A DNA stretch of 61,544 nt, filler included, from Asterionella formosa (Eukaryota), in NCBI GenBank assembly GCA_002256025.1. It is 5 parts of 5 records of this genome, joined end to end, with 100 filler letters (N's around TTAATTAATTAA, not from the genome) between each part and the next. Parts side by side here need not be neighbours in the genome. Positions count along the whole stretch, not along the records: positions 37,020 to 49,234 come from NKIB01007706.1; positions 49,335 to 61,544 come from NKIB01007707.1; 3 more parts are not named here. One strand, written 5' to 3'. How positions within the stretch are numbered: the first letter of the stretch is position 1; the number at the start of each line of letters is the position of its first letter. The position numbers and the translations under genes are program-made. Shown piece by piece: positions 47,153 to 58,318 of this stretch. The notes beneath the pieces were generated by a model, which had not been told where the DNA came from, ran no database searches, and saw only the letters and a list, made by a program, of their open reading frames with translations.

Positions 47153-48670
47153 TTACTGAGTCATGTTTTCCTTTGCAATCAAATGCGTCGTAGTCTCCAC
47201 TAAACCCAGTAGCTTATCAATATCGATAGCCCAGTCGGATAGGACTGCCTCTGGTGTCTTTGGCTGACTGAATCGAATAATGTCCTTTGGGCGATCTATC
47301 TTAGCATAAACGGTGCCATCGCTGACCATCGTGCTGATTTCTTGTTCCAAGCGCTCGGGAGTGAGACCAATAAGCTCCGCGAGACGGGCTCCATGGATTC
47401 GTTTATAGTAACCCGAAACGATACGAACGTTGTGCTGGATCATGCGGCGATGAAACATTTCTTTCCAGAATTCAGCGAGGCCACCTTGTGAAAATGCGGG
47501 CGCTGCTTCTATTTCTCCCTGATGAGGCAAAGGGTATTGTATGATTTCCTTCTTCAGCAGCAGCTGAATGGTGGCACTAAATGATGGGTTCGAATTGGGT
47601 TAGCAACATTTTCAACGGACCTGTCAAAAAACAGAGGCTCTAAGAAATACTTACTAAGACGCTGGCAATTTCTTGATATTGCTATCAGCGCGAATGAGAT
47701 GTAACATTTGCTGCTGGTCCATTCCGTAGGGGGAAAGCGAAAGAAACAAAACTGCGTTCGTTAACGCTGATCGCCACTTTTCATTGTCATTTAAAACCTC
47801 TGGTGTACTGTAAATCGCATGGTAGTCTTTGGCAAGGTCAAAAGGCTCTTTCTCATGCCGATGATAGTCAGCCATAAGCTCGTAGTAACGGACCTTAAAC
47901 GCCTGCATGTTTTCTTCCGCAAGCTGTTTCTTGGAAATCTTATTCGCGACAATATAGGCACGGACGTAGTCTTGCTTTCCCAGTGTGAGGCGGATCTGCT
48001 CGAGAATAAACTCAATTTTGTCCTTCTTTGAGATCGAGCCATAAGTTTCCACGTGGACTTCTTGCAAAATATCAGCAGCCGCAGCAATGTCCCCAGCCTC
48101 TTCCTGTAGGATTAATCAAGTGTGAGAACGAGTTTTAGACCAAAGATGACCATCAAATTTTTACACAACGCAACGTGCCTTGATGATAGCTAAGGCTCTG
48201 GTCAATTTTGCACGTTCAGCCTCTAAAAAGATCTTTCCGTCAGTGATGTCTCGCAATGCTACCACAAGCTTGTCGCGGTTCTCCTTTTCTGCGTCATTTG
48301 CCACTTTAAGAGGCATGTACCCGTCCTCAAGACACCAAGGCATTGCCAACTCCACCAACGATCTGACAGCCTGAGTCTTTTGTGACCTTCTCGTGCACAG
48401 GGTCTGGAGAGTCGTTAGCAAGACTTCGATGTCGCCCGCATTCTTGCAATGTTGCAAACTCGCTACGCAAACTTTGACAAGCGAAGGTGTATCATTTCCA
48501 GTACGGCATTTCTTTTCAAGAGCAAACAACAAAGCGAGGGCGTCCTTGAGTAGTCCCTGATCAACGAGCGTCGAAGCCTGCGGTATCTTAAGCTCGACTT
48601 CCTTACTTAAATCGAGCTTTTCTTCCAGCTGACCGCCAGACGCAGCTCCAGAAAAACCTTCAGTCGCCAT
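47153..48670 (-). CDS. RPN5: 26S proteasome lid subunit RPN5/PSMD12; introns 48104-48178 (GC-AG) and 47577-47654
   Basis: LEKKCRTGND, ITDGKIFLEAERAKLT, QEVHVETYGS, QHNVRIVSGYY, YAKIDRP, TTHLIAKE. Confidence 0.95.
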
Positions 48671-49234
48671 TTTTCGTGTGTAAAAGAAGGTGATTGTAAA
48701 TGAAGAAAAAGTTCGACACTAAACACTTCAGTATTCTAACCAGAAATAATCGTTCTGCGATGGGAGATTGGTTTGAGAATATGATGCAGAAGCCGACGAT
48801 GGGCGAAATCAGCGGCAAGCAGGACAACAAAAAGAATGTGTCGAAATGCTTCCACGGTAATCGATATGTTTCAGTCGGACGGATCAATCTTTTTCAATTT
48901 TCCGGGTGCATTAAAATTGTGGCCCTTAGCTAAATACGAAAACGGCAGTCCGCACAGTGTATTCATACAATAATTAAGGTTGCGGCCCCGCAGTTACAAA
49001 TTGCGAGATACTGGTACCTCAATCCACACATCACGTACAAGGTATACCAGTATGTGCCTTTGCGTGTAGATTAATTTGCCTTTTGGGGGATACCAGGTAG
49101 AGGAGTGTTAAGGTTCCTGCTTTTGAACCCCTAGGCAAAAATTAAAATATTGCTTAGGGTTGCCGAAATTCCCTGGAACTAAGAACTTTTATGTGCTAAT
49201 TTGAATATCAATGATTCCGTTTGAAAAATTCAAA

Positions 49235-49334
49235 NNNNNNNNNNNNNNNNNNNNNNNNNNNNNNNNNNNNNNNNNNNNTTAATTAATTAANNNNNNNNNN
49301 NNNNNNNNNNNNNNNNNNNNNNNNNNNNNNNNNN
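49235..49334. other. Artificial scaffold-joining spacer
   Basis: 100 nt of N with TTAATTAATTAA at 49279-49290. Confidence 0.95.
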
Positions 49335-49370
49335 ATTCTACAATGCATACAGGATACTACAGATCCTAGC

Positions 49371-50282
49371 ATGCTGCCAAGAGTCGTCTCACTACCGGTA
49401 GTACTCTCTCGTCTGCTTGGATGCTTCCATGATTGTACTCCTTTGAGAAACATTCGCCATGGTCCATATCAATTTAGCAACAAGAGCAACTCCAACTGCA
49501 GGATCCATACAACTACTTCGACTACTACTGTCGCGACCGAGGACCATCGAATAACGTCCACGAGACGTTGGTTAGAGCGCATCGTTATTGGTGAAAAGCA
49601 ATGTCCATTTGCTCCTCCCTTTTTGCTACATTCCCATTTGTTACGAATGGTTGTTGCTGCTCCAACATTTTCATTAGTTGCATCAGTAGACAAAAATAAT
49701 AGTAATAATAATGGTAGTATTGACACTACCAAACCAGACGAAGACCATGTACTCCAATTGGTGGCACAAGAAGTACAACTCTTGGTTCAACAAACAAGTG
49801 AGCAGATAACAACAACAACAACAACGGGGAATCAGGCAAGTGCTCATGAAACGACATTGGTGATTTTAGACTATCCATTCCTCAAAGATTTTAGAGACTT
49901 TGTTCGGTTTTCTTGGATTCTTCAAGACGAAGCCATTGTTCGTACTAAATACTTGCACAAATTGCAAATTGTTTTATTTCATCCACAAGCAACTCATCAA
50001 ACCTATGGGATGGACGCCAATGATGATAATGGTGATAATGATAATCCTGGTAACTACACCATTCGATCACCATATCCAACCATACATTTGTTACGACAAC
50101 AAGATGTGTTGAAAGCTGTGACAAGTGGATATCCAAATTTAGAAACATTACCAAGTCGGAACAAGGCAAGAATGATTGCACAAGGATTAGATGTTTGTCG
50201 TGAGAGATTGGCTAGCTGTTATGTACAAAGCAAGGAAGCAAATATACAGAAGAAAAATGATTGTTTTCCAATTGAAAAATAA
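49371..50282 (+). CDS. DUF1415-like protein
   Basis: TRRWLERIVIG...CPFA, ETTLVI, LQIVLFHP, NYTIRSPYPTIHLLR, RN motif; Asn/Thr-rich low-complexity insertions. Confidence 0.75.
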   Translation: MLPRVVSLPVVLSRLLGCFHDCTPLRNIRHGPYQFSNKSNSNCRIHTTTSTTTVATEDHRITSTRRWLERIVIGEKQCPFAPPFLLHSHLLRMVVAAPTFSLVASVDKNNSNNNGSIDTTKPDEDHVLQLVAQEVQLLVQQTSEQITTTTTTGNQASAHETTLVILDYPFLKDFRDFVRFSWILQDEAIVRTKYLHKLQIVLFHPQATHQTYGMDANDDNGDNDNPGNYTIRSPYPTIHLLRQQDVLKAVTSGYPNLETLPSRNKARMIAQGLDVCRERLASCYVQSKEANIQKKNDCFPIEK

Positions 50283-50858
50283 CGAGCATTTGCATTGATA
50301 TTGAATCAATGTAACATAATGTGGAGAACAGCAGTGGCAATGGTCCCTTGCCTTTTGTAATAGCATAGTATTGACGTGTGTAAAGTACTGTTCAAATGTT
50401 AAACGTTGTAACTCACTCGCTCTGGGCGAATATAATGGGGGCTTTAGATGAGTATCTATTCCTGTTCACTTAACCAAAATTGGTCTTGGCAGCAACTGCA
50501 ACCGGATGCAATGTATCAATACTTGTAAACAGGCGGAACGTGCATGTCTTGTAGTGTTCCAAAAGAATCCGTGTGAACAGAGAAAATGAGTGTTTGACCA
50601 GTTTTGACAACAAATCAACGTCCTGCCACGGACTCAAAGTAGCATTGGCTTGTGTGTAATGATACAGACACTCCTGCAGCAGCAGGAAAACAGTAATCTG
50701 TCCAATTGAGATAGAAATCCCAGTCATTCCATGTGAGCAACTAAAGTAGCCTCATAACTTAGGCATCAATCATACTGCGCTTGCACAGCCTTGGTAGATC
50801 AAGGCGGTGAGTGTCAAAGGATTCAACGGTCCATCGATTGGACCCATAAGAAAGTGGC

Positions 50859-52475
50859 TTATGTATGGCTTGCATTCTGCAAAGACTTATGTGCAATCCG
50901 TTCCTTTTTCATTCTCTTTTTGTGATGATTACCTTTTCTCCTCTTCGTGGCATGATGTGGCACATATTGAAGAACAGGGCGAGCTATTGGTTGTGTTGCA
51001 TCAGTTACTGTAGCGTTGTGTTGAAGTAAACTATGAATGTTCAGCCATGACTTTCGCCATTTACCGTGCATAATAGGCGGTGCTTTTCTTCTTTTTCCCC
51101 CTGTTGGAGGATTTTGCTTGGTTGGATCTCGATATGTCAATGCGTATCCTCCCCGGTAGTCTTCGGGACAGAACATGCCTTTCCACTCTCGATCGTTGGC
51201 AGGTTTGGTAATATTATTGGCCAATATCTGTAGCTTCAACAATCCTCTCAGCCGTGCCGACAGAATGACAGTGATGTTTCTATTTAAATAAGAGTGCATC
51301 AAGAAAGTTTCCGGGTTTCGAGTCTCTTTCGGGACAAGGTTGGATGTCATGGAGGCGAGGGGTGTTGTAAAGTAATCCCTCGCTGCTCCTGGCGACACCC
51401 AGGCAAAGCGGTCATTGATACCATCATAAGTGCGGCAGTCCGTGGATAGAATGGTCCGTGGTGTGCGGTACAAATCGGCCAATACGAGGGTTAAATTGGT
51501 GGTTGTGGCGTTCCACAATGGCAACCGAAAGCCCAAGTCGTCTCTTGCTCTCAGGACAAATGAGTAGTTCGTTTGCGCTGCTTGATACAAGACCCCGCAT
51601 TGGCGCAGACTTTCGTATTGTCGATAATGATTCTGAGCTCGTGTCTTCTTTTGCTCCGGGAGAAAATTGAATGATGTGTTGCCCATTTTATTCGTGTATA
51701 GCTCCGACACTGGCGGGTCCTCCGATTGTTTGAATGCCGAGGTGGAGAGTACCGTGTACCCCATGGATTTGAGATATTCGCTTGCGTGCGCGTACGATGG
51801 ATAAATCTGTCCTCCGACGAATCCATCATTGGTGAATCTCGGCACGCCTGCATCCGTCAGGACCAATGCCACTTCCGGGATCAACCCAGCTAGTCGAAGC
51901 GGATTCAAGAGATGCAGCACCTTGTCCTCCAGCTCCAGTCGCTCCATCTGCCCCGTGATGCACACAAAGCACTTCCTGGAGAGGCTTTGTCGCCCCAGCA
52001 TGCCGTCGATTTGCTCCAAATCGTCAGCACTGAATTGGTACTCTGATCGGTAGGAAATAACCGGTCCGTCTCTCCCCATCGTTTTCGTGAGCACCAGCGT
52101 CTTGGTGGGTTTTGCCTCCATGGGCAGCTCTTGCAGCTGCTCCATCTCCGACAGGTGCCGAGCGGACAACGTGAGCAGACTCAGCTGTCGCAGCACAAAG
52201 AAGGCAATGGTAACGAGCAGAACTGAGCACGGCGCGATTCGAATGCGAATGCGCTTGTCTCTGTTTGGCAACATGGTGCGCTTGGGGCTGATCTTCTTGG
52301 GCGTTATTCGTAGCTGCTGGCTCAGGAGGGAAAGGAGGAATACTACTCGCGGTACGGCATTTGCCATAGTCAGCCAAGACTCCTCGAAGACTCCCCTTAT
52401 TGTTTTGCTCCCTTCCTCTTCTTCTAACACGACAAGAGGAAGGGGTTGCAGCTTACTCGTATGCGTTTGATCCAT
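50859..52475 (-). CDS. Hypothetical type II membrane protein, putative glycosyltransferase
   Basis: 538 aa ORF; TM segment; VCITGQMERLE, RARDDL, GINDRFA, NPETFL resemble algal glycosyltransferase-like proteins. True start may be near 52274. Confidence 0.55.
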   Translation of the reverse strand: MDQTHTSKLQPLPLVVLEEEEGSKTIRGVFEESWLTMANAVPRVVFLLSLLSQQLRITPKKISPKRTMLPNRDKRIRIRIAPCSVLLVTIAFFVLRQLSLLTLSARHLSEMEQLQELPMEAKPTKTLVLTKTMGRDGPVISYRSEYQFSADDLEQIDGMLGRQSLSRKCFVCITGQMERLELEDKVLHLLNPLRLAGLIPEVALVLTDAGVPRFTNDGFVGGQIYPSYAHASEYLKSMGYTVLSTSAFKQSEDPPVSELYTNKMGNTSFNFLPEQKKTRAQNHYRQYESLRQCGVLYQAAQTNYSFVLRARDDLGFRLPLWNATTTNLTLVLADLYRTPRTILSTDCRTYDGINDRFAWVSPGAARDYFTTPLASMTSNLVPKETRNPETFLMHSYLNRNITVILSARLRGLLKLQILANNITKPANDREWKGMFCPEDYRGGYALTYRDPTKQNPPTGGKRRKAPPIMHGKWRKSWLNIHSLLQHNATVTDATQPIARPVLQYVPHHATKRRKGNHHKKRMKKERIAHKSLQNASHT

Positions 52476-53399
52476 GCTGTGCCTATGATGAATATGAGAA
52501 TTTTTATGTGATCATGTCCGTATGAACCATGTACGACCCAGTACATGGGTACCTGGTAGGGTTGTACTCTACTTTTTTATATGTAAAAATTCAGAATTAA
52601 TTTATCATCCACGGCTGATATCATTCCAAATGATTCTCGTACAGTATACCGGTAGGGAAGCAGCGATGTTCATCGCGCATGACTACCAGTAGACTACCTG
52701 GTGGTACCTTGCTGGTACCAGGTAGACTACCAAGTACCGTATGTAGGAATGGATTGCCATTCAGAACGACATCCGGGCATATCCCAGGACTTACTTACCG
52801 GTACTCCAGCAAATTATTACTGAGTACAAAGAAAGAAAATTCCGGCCCGTTGAGCGTTTCGTTATTTTCAAATCGCTGGAATTCGCTGGCCAGCTGCACC
52901 ACTAACCAGCATCCCGGAAAATACAGTACCAGGTACCGATAACGGCATAGGGCGCAGCAAACGATGAAATTTATTTAACGGTACTATAACAGGTACCCCG
53001 GGAATATTCGGAGTATCGCTCACACGCACATGTGCGTATCGGTATACCTGTACCGGTACCTGAATTTGCGCCTGTTTGATGGGTGCAGAAAAACAAAGTC
53101 CCACCAATGTCAAATGCAGAAACCAAACTTTCTGATTTTAAGAAGTTTCTCGAAATATGACCGGGTGCACGAAGACTAAAGTTTGGGCAGCCATAATAAA
53201 GCTGGTGTTTTATTTTTTTAGCTTTCAGTTGGATGCAGATCCTATCATATCATTACACTTGCACAATTTGCTTTTGAAGTACCGGTATCTATTTTGCACA
53301 TGCAATGAAGAATTTTGTGGAAAATGTTACAGGCCACATTGAAATTCAGTCAACATGGAAGCAGTCACTGATAAATGCAATATAACACATGAATGACAT

Positions 53400-54620
53400 G
53401 GGAATTGAGATTTACTCTAACTCTGAGACTTTGTCCTGATGGCATTGTAAATTTGCATTGAATAAAAAAAATTCTGCAAGCCACCAGAGCCAACAAAGGA
53501 GGCTAGGCTGTGTCATTTCTTTATTGACAACCCAGATGCAGTCACATGGCACCCAGAATATTCAAAGATTTGCAGGTTGAATTAATGCATGAGTTGGTTG
53601 TGGATCAACTTGTCCCAGAATCAGGTTCAAGGCTTAAAATTGAAGTTGATGATGGAGTAACTACAACTTTGACAAATGAAGGTGTAGCTGCTTTTTAATC
53701 ATCATATGGTCTAACAACTTGTAGCATTACTGCTATATCTAGATGGATGCATGCTGTTGGATTTAGATACAAAAACATGAGAATCATAACTTTGTGGGTG
53801 GTCATGAGAGAGCTGAAAACTAGCATACAGGCCTATCTTTACAAACAAATACCTTTCCTTTGCTTGGGTTGTGCACAAACAGATGGATTCCAATTAAAAA
53901 GGTAGATTCTAATCTATTAGAATGCTATTGTGATATTGCAATGACATTGTGGCTTTTACTATAACACTGATGATGGATTTTCGATGGTTCTTGAGTACAA
54001 GGTGGATGGATGAGCTCCCATTTGGAGACCACCTAAGTGAGAGGAAAGATTCAGAATCTAGACCTGTAATGTTGATTGGACAAGATGAGGCTATATATAA
54101 ACAGTTTCTATTATTTTTCAAGATCGGGTTGGTCCTAATGGAGAGCGGCCACTACTCCCAAAGGATGACAAAGGTACAGGCTCAATCATTTCTGCATTTG
54201 TATGTCATGAGCATGGGCTACTCCAACACCAGATACCGATAAATATCCTTGCTGAAATAAACTTCCATTGCTTTCTTGGGAAGAACTATGCAGACAAGGA
54301 AGCTGCAATTGAAGTGGATCGTGGTGGATGACAAAAGAAACCATTGACAACAGAACAAACTCAATTTGTTGTTGAATTCGGATATGGAGAAAACCAAGCG
54401 GGATACTGAAACTACGCACACATGGTGCTCCAGTTTGAAGATGCTGCTGTGGATGAGCTGCAGGTGCGCTACCCCACATTAGTTCTGGTCATTCCAAGCA
54501 ACAAATTGATGGCCTCAATAAGCTCCATATGAATATATTTTTTGGTGGGAGGTACTCTGCAATGAGAGAAATGGTCATTGAAAGGGAGCAAGGATTTTCT
54601 TGTTGTCTCACTCCTTGGAA
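53400..54620 (+). mobile_element. Degenerate DDE transposase remnant (tentatively IS630/Tc1-mariner-related)
   Basis: Frame-broken peptides FGDHLSER..RPVMLIGQDEAIYKQF, VGPNGERPLLPKDDKGTGSIISAF, NYADKEAAIEV, EFGYGE...GY..YAHMVLQFED. Confidence 0.6.
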
Positions 54621-55690
54621 GTCCATTGCCATGCTGGCAACCTGTTTAACCCTGCCATGGGAATCAGATAGCAACAGTGACTCCCAAAAAATCTTTGGAG
54701 ATGATACTGGTCAATGAATAGTTTGGTTTCTTTAAGAAATAGGAGCACCATACTTTTAATTGTTTTGATGGAAAGGTGGGCTTGCACTTAGAAGAAAAAT
54801 CAATTTGATGGTGCCTTGAGATGGGATCTCAATCGTAAACCAATTCAAAAGATCTAGTTCAATTGGTGATGATTGCATACAAATCAATGTTCTTATCATT
54901 GTTGGAGTCCATGAGGATTAGGCATACAGTAGAATTGATGGCAAAAAACCATTTTAGCACTTCATAAATATTTGTCAAGAGTTCTTCTTCGTGAATCTTG
55001 AATGCTTTGCTGGTTGCCTTTACTACTTTTCTTTTGATCTTAAGTTTCAATGCAGCACCATTCGAATCTTTCATGTGTTTCTGGAATAAGCACCAGATGT
55101 ATTTTCTATTCTTGGTATCTAATGGATTAGAGATCCTTCGTCATGTGTTGACCTCGTCAGTATTGAATCTCTCGGGCTGCCCTCTGGCCGGCTGCATTGG
55201 CCTCACACCCTGAAACCCTAGGGAATCAACATCAACTGAGATGTGCATCATGTACAACCAGCAAGCCATCCACCAGATAAAGAGTAGAAAATATCAGACT
55301 AGCTACTTGAACCGAGGTACCATGATAGCGCGCTTCTTGTGTACTTTTGGAACCATGGTCTCAATGGTGATGGGCTTGAACAACAAGAAGGATTGAATCT
55401 TTATCTTAAGAATCAATGAATGATACAAATGATGGAAGGAAGCTCTGCTTTTCTTGCAACTTCATTCCCCTATTATCATGATCCATGCATTGAGTTAACC
55501 CAATACCTCTACCTGAAGCTTGATCCTCATTTTGCAATCATTCCAATTTGAGGACCATAATTGAAAAAAACAGGCATTTTAGTCGATTCTGTTGTATTAC
55601 CCACATGTCCCCTTGATAAAGACCCGCACACCTTTTTGTTTTGTCAAAGCGTTTTACTCAAAGTAGAGGTAAGTTTGACTCCTTGTGTCT

Positions 55691-55770
55691 ACTATTCACT
55701 ATAAATTTATTATGGCAAGAAACAGAAATGGCTACTATTCACTATACATTTATTATTGCAAGAAACAGAG
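55691..55770 (+). repeat. Tandem duplication of about 43 bp
   Basis: actattcactata(a/c)atttattat(g/t)gcaagaaacaga occurs twice. Confidence 0.8.
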
Positions 55771-55909
55771 ACAAAAACGCTAGACTGCATTGATGAAGGA
55801 ACAGCCATACATGAAACCTTGTTAGTGATTGGTTCAGCAGGGCAAATCATCAGAGATCACCTTTTCCTTTCCAGAAGTATTGTCATTGTCATCAGAGTTC
55901 CTACTGGTA

Positions 55910-56677
55910 CTATCCCTGGTTTAAGTTACCACTGTTTACAGAACTACGTTCTGATGTTAATTTCCATCCAACAATCAATGCATACAATACCCCTTCGGCA
56001 ACATAGGCTGGTATCCATGAGTCCAAATCAGAGAGATGGTATACGTCATACCCCACATAAAATAATCCAAAGGTTCCAAAATTGTAATAAATGTGTACAA
56101 AACTCCAAACTCTGGATAGCAAGTACGTTGAACCAATCATGGGCCAAGTAAGCAAGGTGTTCCAGGTGCCACCATTTTGCAAGTGCTTGCGAATAAAGTA
56201 ATAGGACAGTAGGGGATGACCAATTGCATCCAATACATGAGACGCAATCATCATGACAATGCCCATGGGAGTATATAAAAGGTTACCGCCTTTATTGCTT
56301 GTCGACACCACCATGTGCTGCGCCATGATTTCTGGCATGTTGTGATACAAGATGCGTCCAAAGGGACCATTACTGCAGTAGCAATCATAGAGGAGCGCGA
56401 CATACCATCCCACTGTTACACTCGTTCCCTGGAGTGCCAAAAATTGTACCAACCATGGGGATTGCGTCAATATCCAAGCCAATACTAGTTTGTGAAACCA
56501 TTGAGTGTACCCTCGATTGATCCACGGAAGTAGTGGAGCCAGCAATAGAACTGCCAGGGGTGGTAGCGGCCAAACGAAAAGTTGTTGGCTGCTATTACCT
56601 TTTCGTGGGGCGAGTACACCAACAGCAGCTGGGGAGGTGATGCAACGTTCCGGCGATGCCTTTGTAGGGCCACACAT
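55910..56677 (-). CDS. Hypothetical multi-pass membrane protein
   Basis: 255 aa ORF with 5-6 hydrophobic segments and motifs SHVLDAIGHP, SRVWS, GYDVY. Confidence 0.65.
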   Translation of the reverse strand: MCGPTKASPERCITSPAAVGVLAPRKGNSSQQLFVWPLPPLAVLLLAPLLPWINRGYTQWFHKLVLAWILTQSPWLVQFLALQGTSVTVGWYVALLYDCYCSNGPFGRILYHNMPEIMAQHMVVSTSNKGGNLLYTPMGIVMMIASHVLDAIGHPLLSYYFIRKHLQNGGTWNTLLTWPMIGSTYLLSRVWSFVHIYYNFGTFGLFYVGYDVYHLSDLDSWIPAYVAEGVLYALIVGWKLTSERSSVNSGNLNQG

Positions 56678-57172
56678 GAAGATGAAGTTGTTGCTTCAGT
56701 TGCACAATAAAATACAACTGATCGTTCGGTTGTACGATCCTCATGTCGTCGCTTTTCTGCTTTATATATATATATTCATTCCGTAGATGGTATTGCATGG
56801 TCCTCCAGCCGAGGCCTCAGCATATATACGGGTTGTACCCCCAGTACAGAATTATATTTATGTACCAGATATCCACCATCATGGTCGGCTTCTGTATCCG
56901 ATAATTAGTACGTGATACGACAGTATTCTTGGCAAGCAAAGAATTCCGTATGATCCTGCTCTGCAGCATCCTGAAATTGTTCTTCTGTTTACAATCGGAC
57001 GCATGGACGAATAAAATTGAAAAACGGTAATATAACGCCATACATAGCATTATATGATACCATCACATGTTATAGGCGGAGTGTCGCAAGAACGATGGAC
57101 ACTGACCATCAAATCATCATATCGATTTCAAAAGAATCCTCAAATCACTCCTTTCCTCGTCCCCATCATCCA

Positions 57173-58318
57173 ATGATGAGGAAACAGGGAGCGCACGTCC
57201 GAATGCTGTTGATCTTGTTTTTTGCTTTGCTTCAATCTTCAACGACGCGATCCTTTGCATTCGTTGGAACTCCAATTATCACTCCTAAAACTGCTTTAAT
57301 TGGATCGACGCCAAGACGAAACAGCTTTACTACTCGTGTTACACCTTTTGGGCGTTTATTCCATTCTACTAATACTAATGATTCGCCTTTATCGTCGAAT
57401 GCTACTTGTAGCACCTACTATGGTTCCTTGGCCATTCGCAGTCAACTTCCCACACCTACAAATGAAACGGCGTTGCAATTGCTTTCATTTTACCACTTTA
57501 CCAGTCCTGTTTTGGCAGATCCACAAGTACTTCGTGATGAACTTTTCGATTCCCTACGTCAACACATTCCTGGAATACGAGGAACTATTTATGTGGCCAA
57601 TGAAGGGATGAATGGACAACTTGCCATTCCAACAAGCAACATCATCAACAATAATGGGGTGGAGAAATTACTTTGGAATTGCATTCAACAAAGTAGCAGT
57701 AATAGTGCCATTGACTGGACGAACATGTCCATGACGGTTGGGACTATTGTGCCGATACATCATGCTACCTTTGATAAATTCATTGTTAGAACTAGAGATG
57801 CTATATTAAGGGATGGATTGGAAGAAACTGATGACCTTGATGAGGTATCCTTGGATTGGACCCAAAATATAGGAGTGGAGATCTCTCCTGACTCATGGCA
57901 TGAGCAACTACTCATTCATAACAAACAAAAACAACAAAAAGAGCACCCATTACATGATTCCAGTTCAATGGTTGTTTTGGATTGTCGCAATGGGTATGAA
58001 TCGAATTTAGGGAGATTTCGCAATGCGACATGTTTGGATACCAATGTTTTTTCAGAAAGCTGGAATCGATTGCATCATCTTACTGCAAATGTTACAAAAA
58101 CTACACCCATTCTCATTTATTGCACCGGTGGAATACGTTGTGTCAAAGTTGGAGCATACCTGACACAACGATTGGGATTTGAGAATATACAACGACTTCA
58201 ACATGGAATTATTGGTTATGAACAGTGGGCCAACAAACACAAAGAAATCGTTGGCTCGGGTGGTGGAGTGTGGGAAGGTGAAAATTTTCTTTTTGATAAA
58301 CGACGACTATTAAAGTAG
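57173..58318 (+). CDS. TrhO/YceA (UPF0176)-like rhodanese-domain protein, plastid-targeted
   Basis: LSFYHF, RGTIYVANEGMNGQL, VLDCRNGYESNLGRF, YCTGGIRCVK, LQHGIIGY, WEGENFLFDKR. Signal peptide followed by SFA|FV. Confidence 0.85.
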   Translation: MMRKQGAHVRMLLILFFALLQSSTTRSFAFVGTPIITPKTALIGSTPRRNSFTTRVTPFGRLFHSTNTNDSPLSSNATCSTYYGSLAIRSQLPTPTNETALQLLSFYHFTSPVLADPQVLRDELFDSLRQHIPGIRGTIYVANEGMNGQLAIPTSNIINNNGVEKLLWNCIQQSSSNSAIDWTNMSMTVGTIVPIHHATFDKFIVRTRDAILRDGLEETDDLDEVSLDWTQNIGVEISPDSWHEQLLIHNKQKQQKEHPLHDSSSMVVLDCRNGYESNLGRFRNATCLDTNVFSESWNRLHHLTANVTKTTPILIYCTGGIRCVKVGAYLTQRLGFENIQRLQHGIIGYEQWANKHKEIVGSGGGVWEGENFLFDKRRLLK

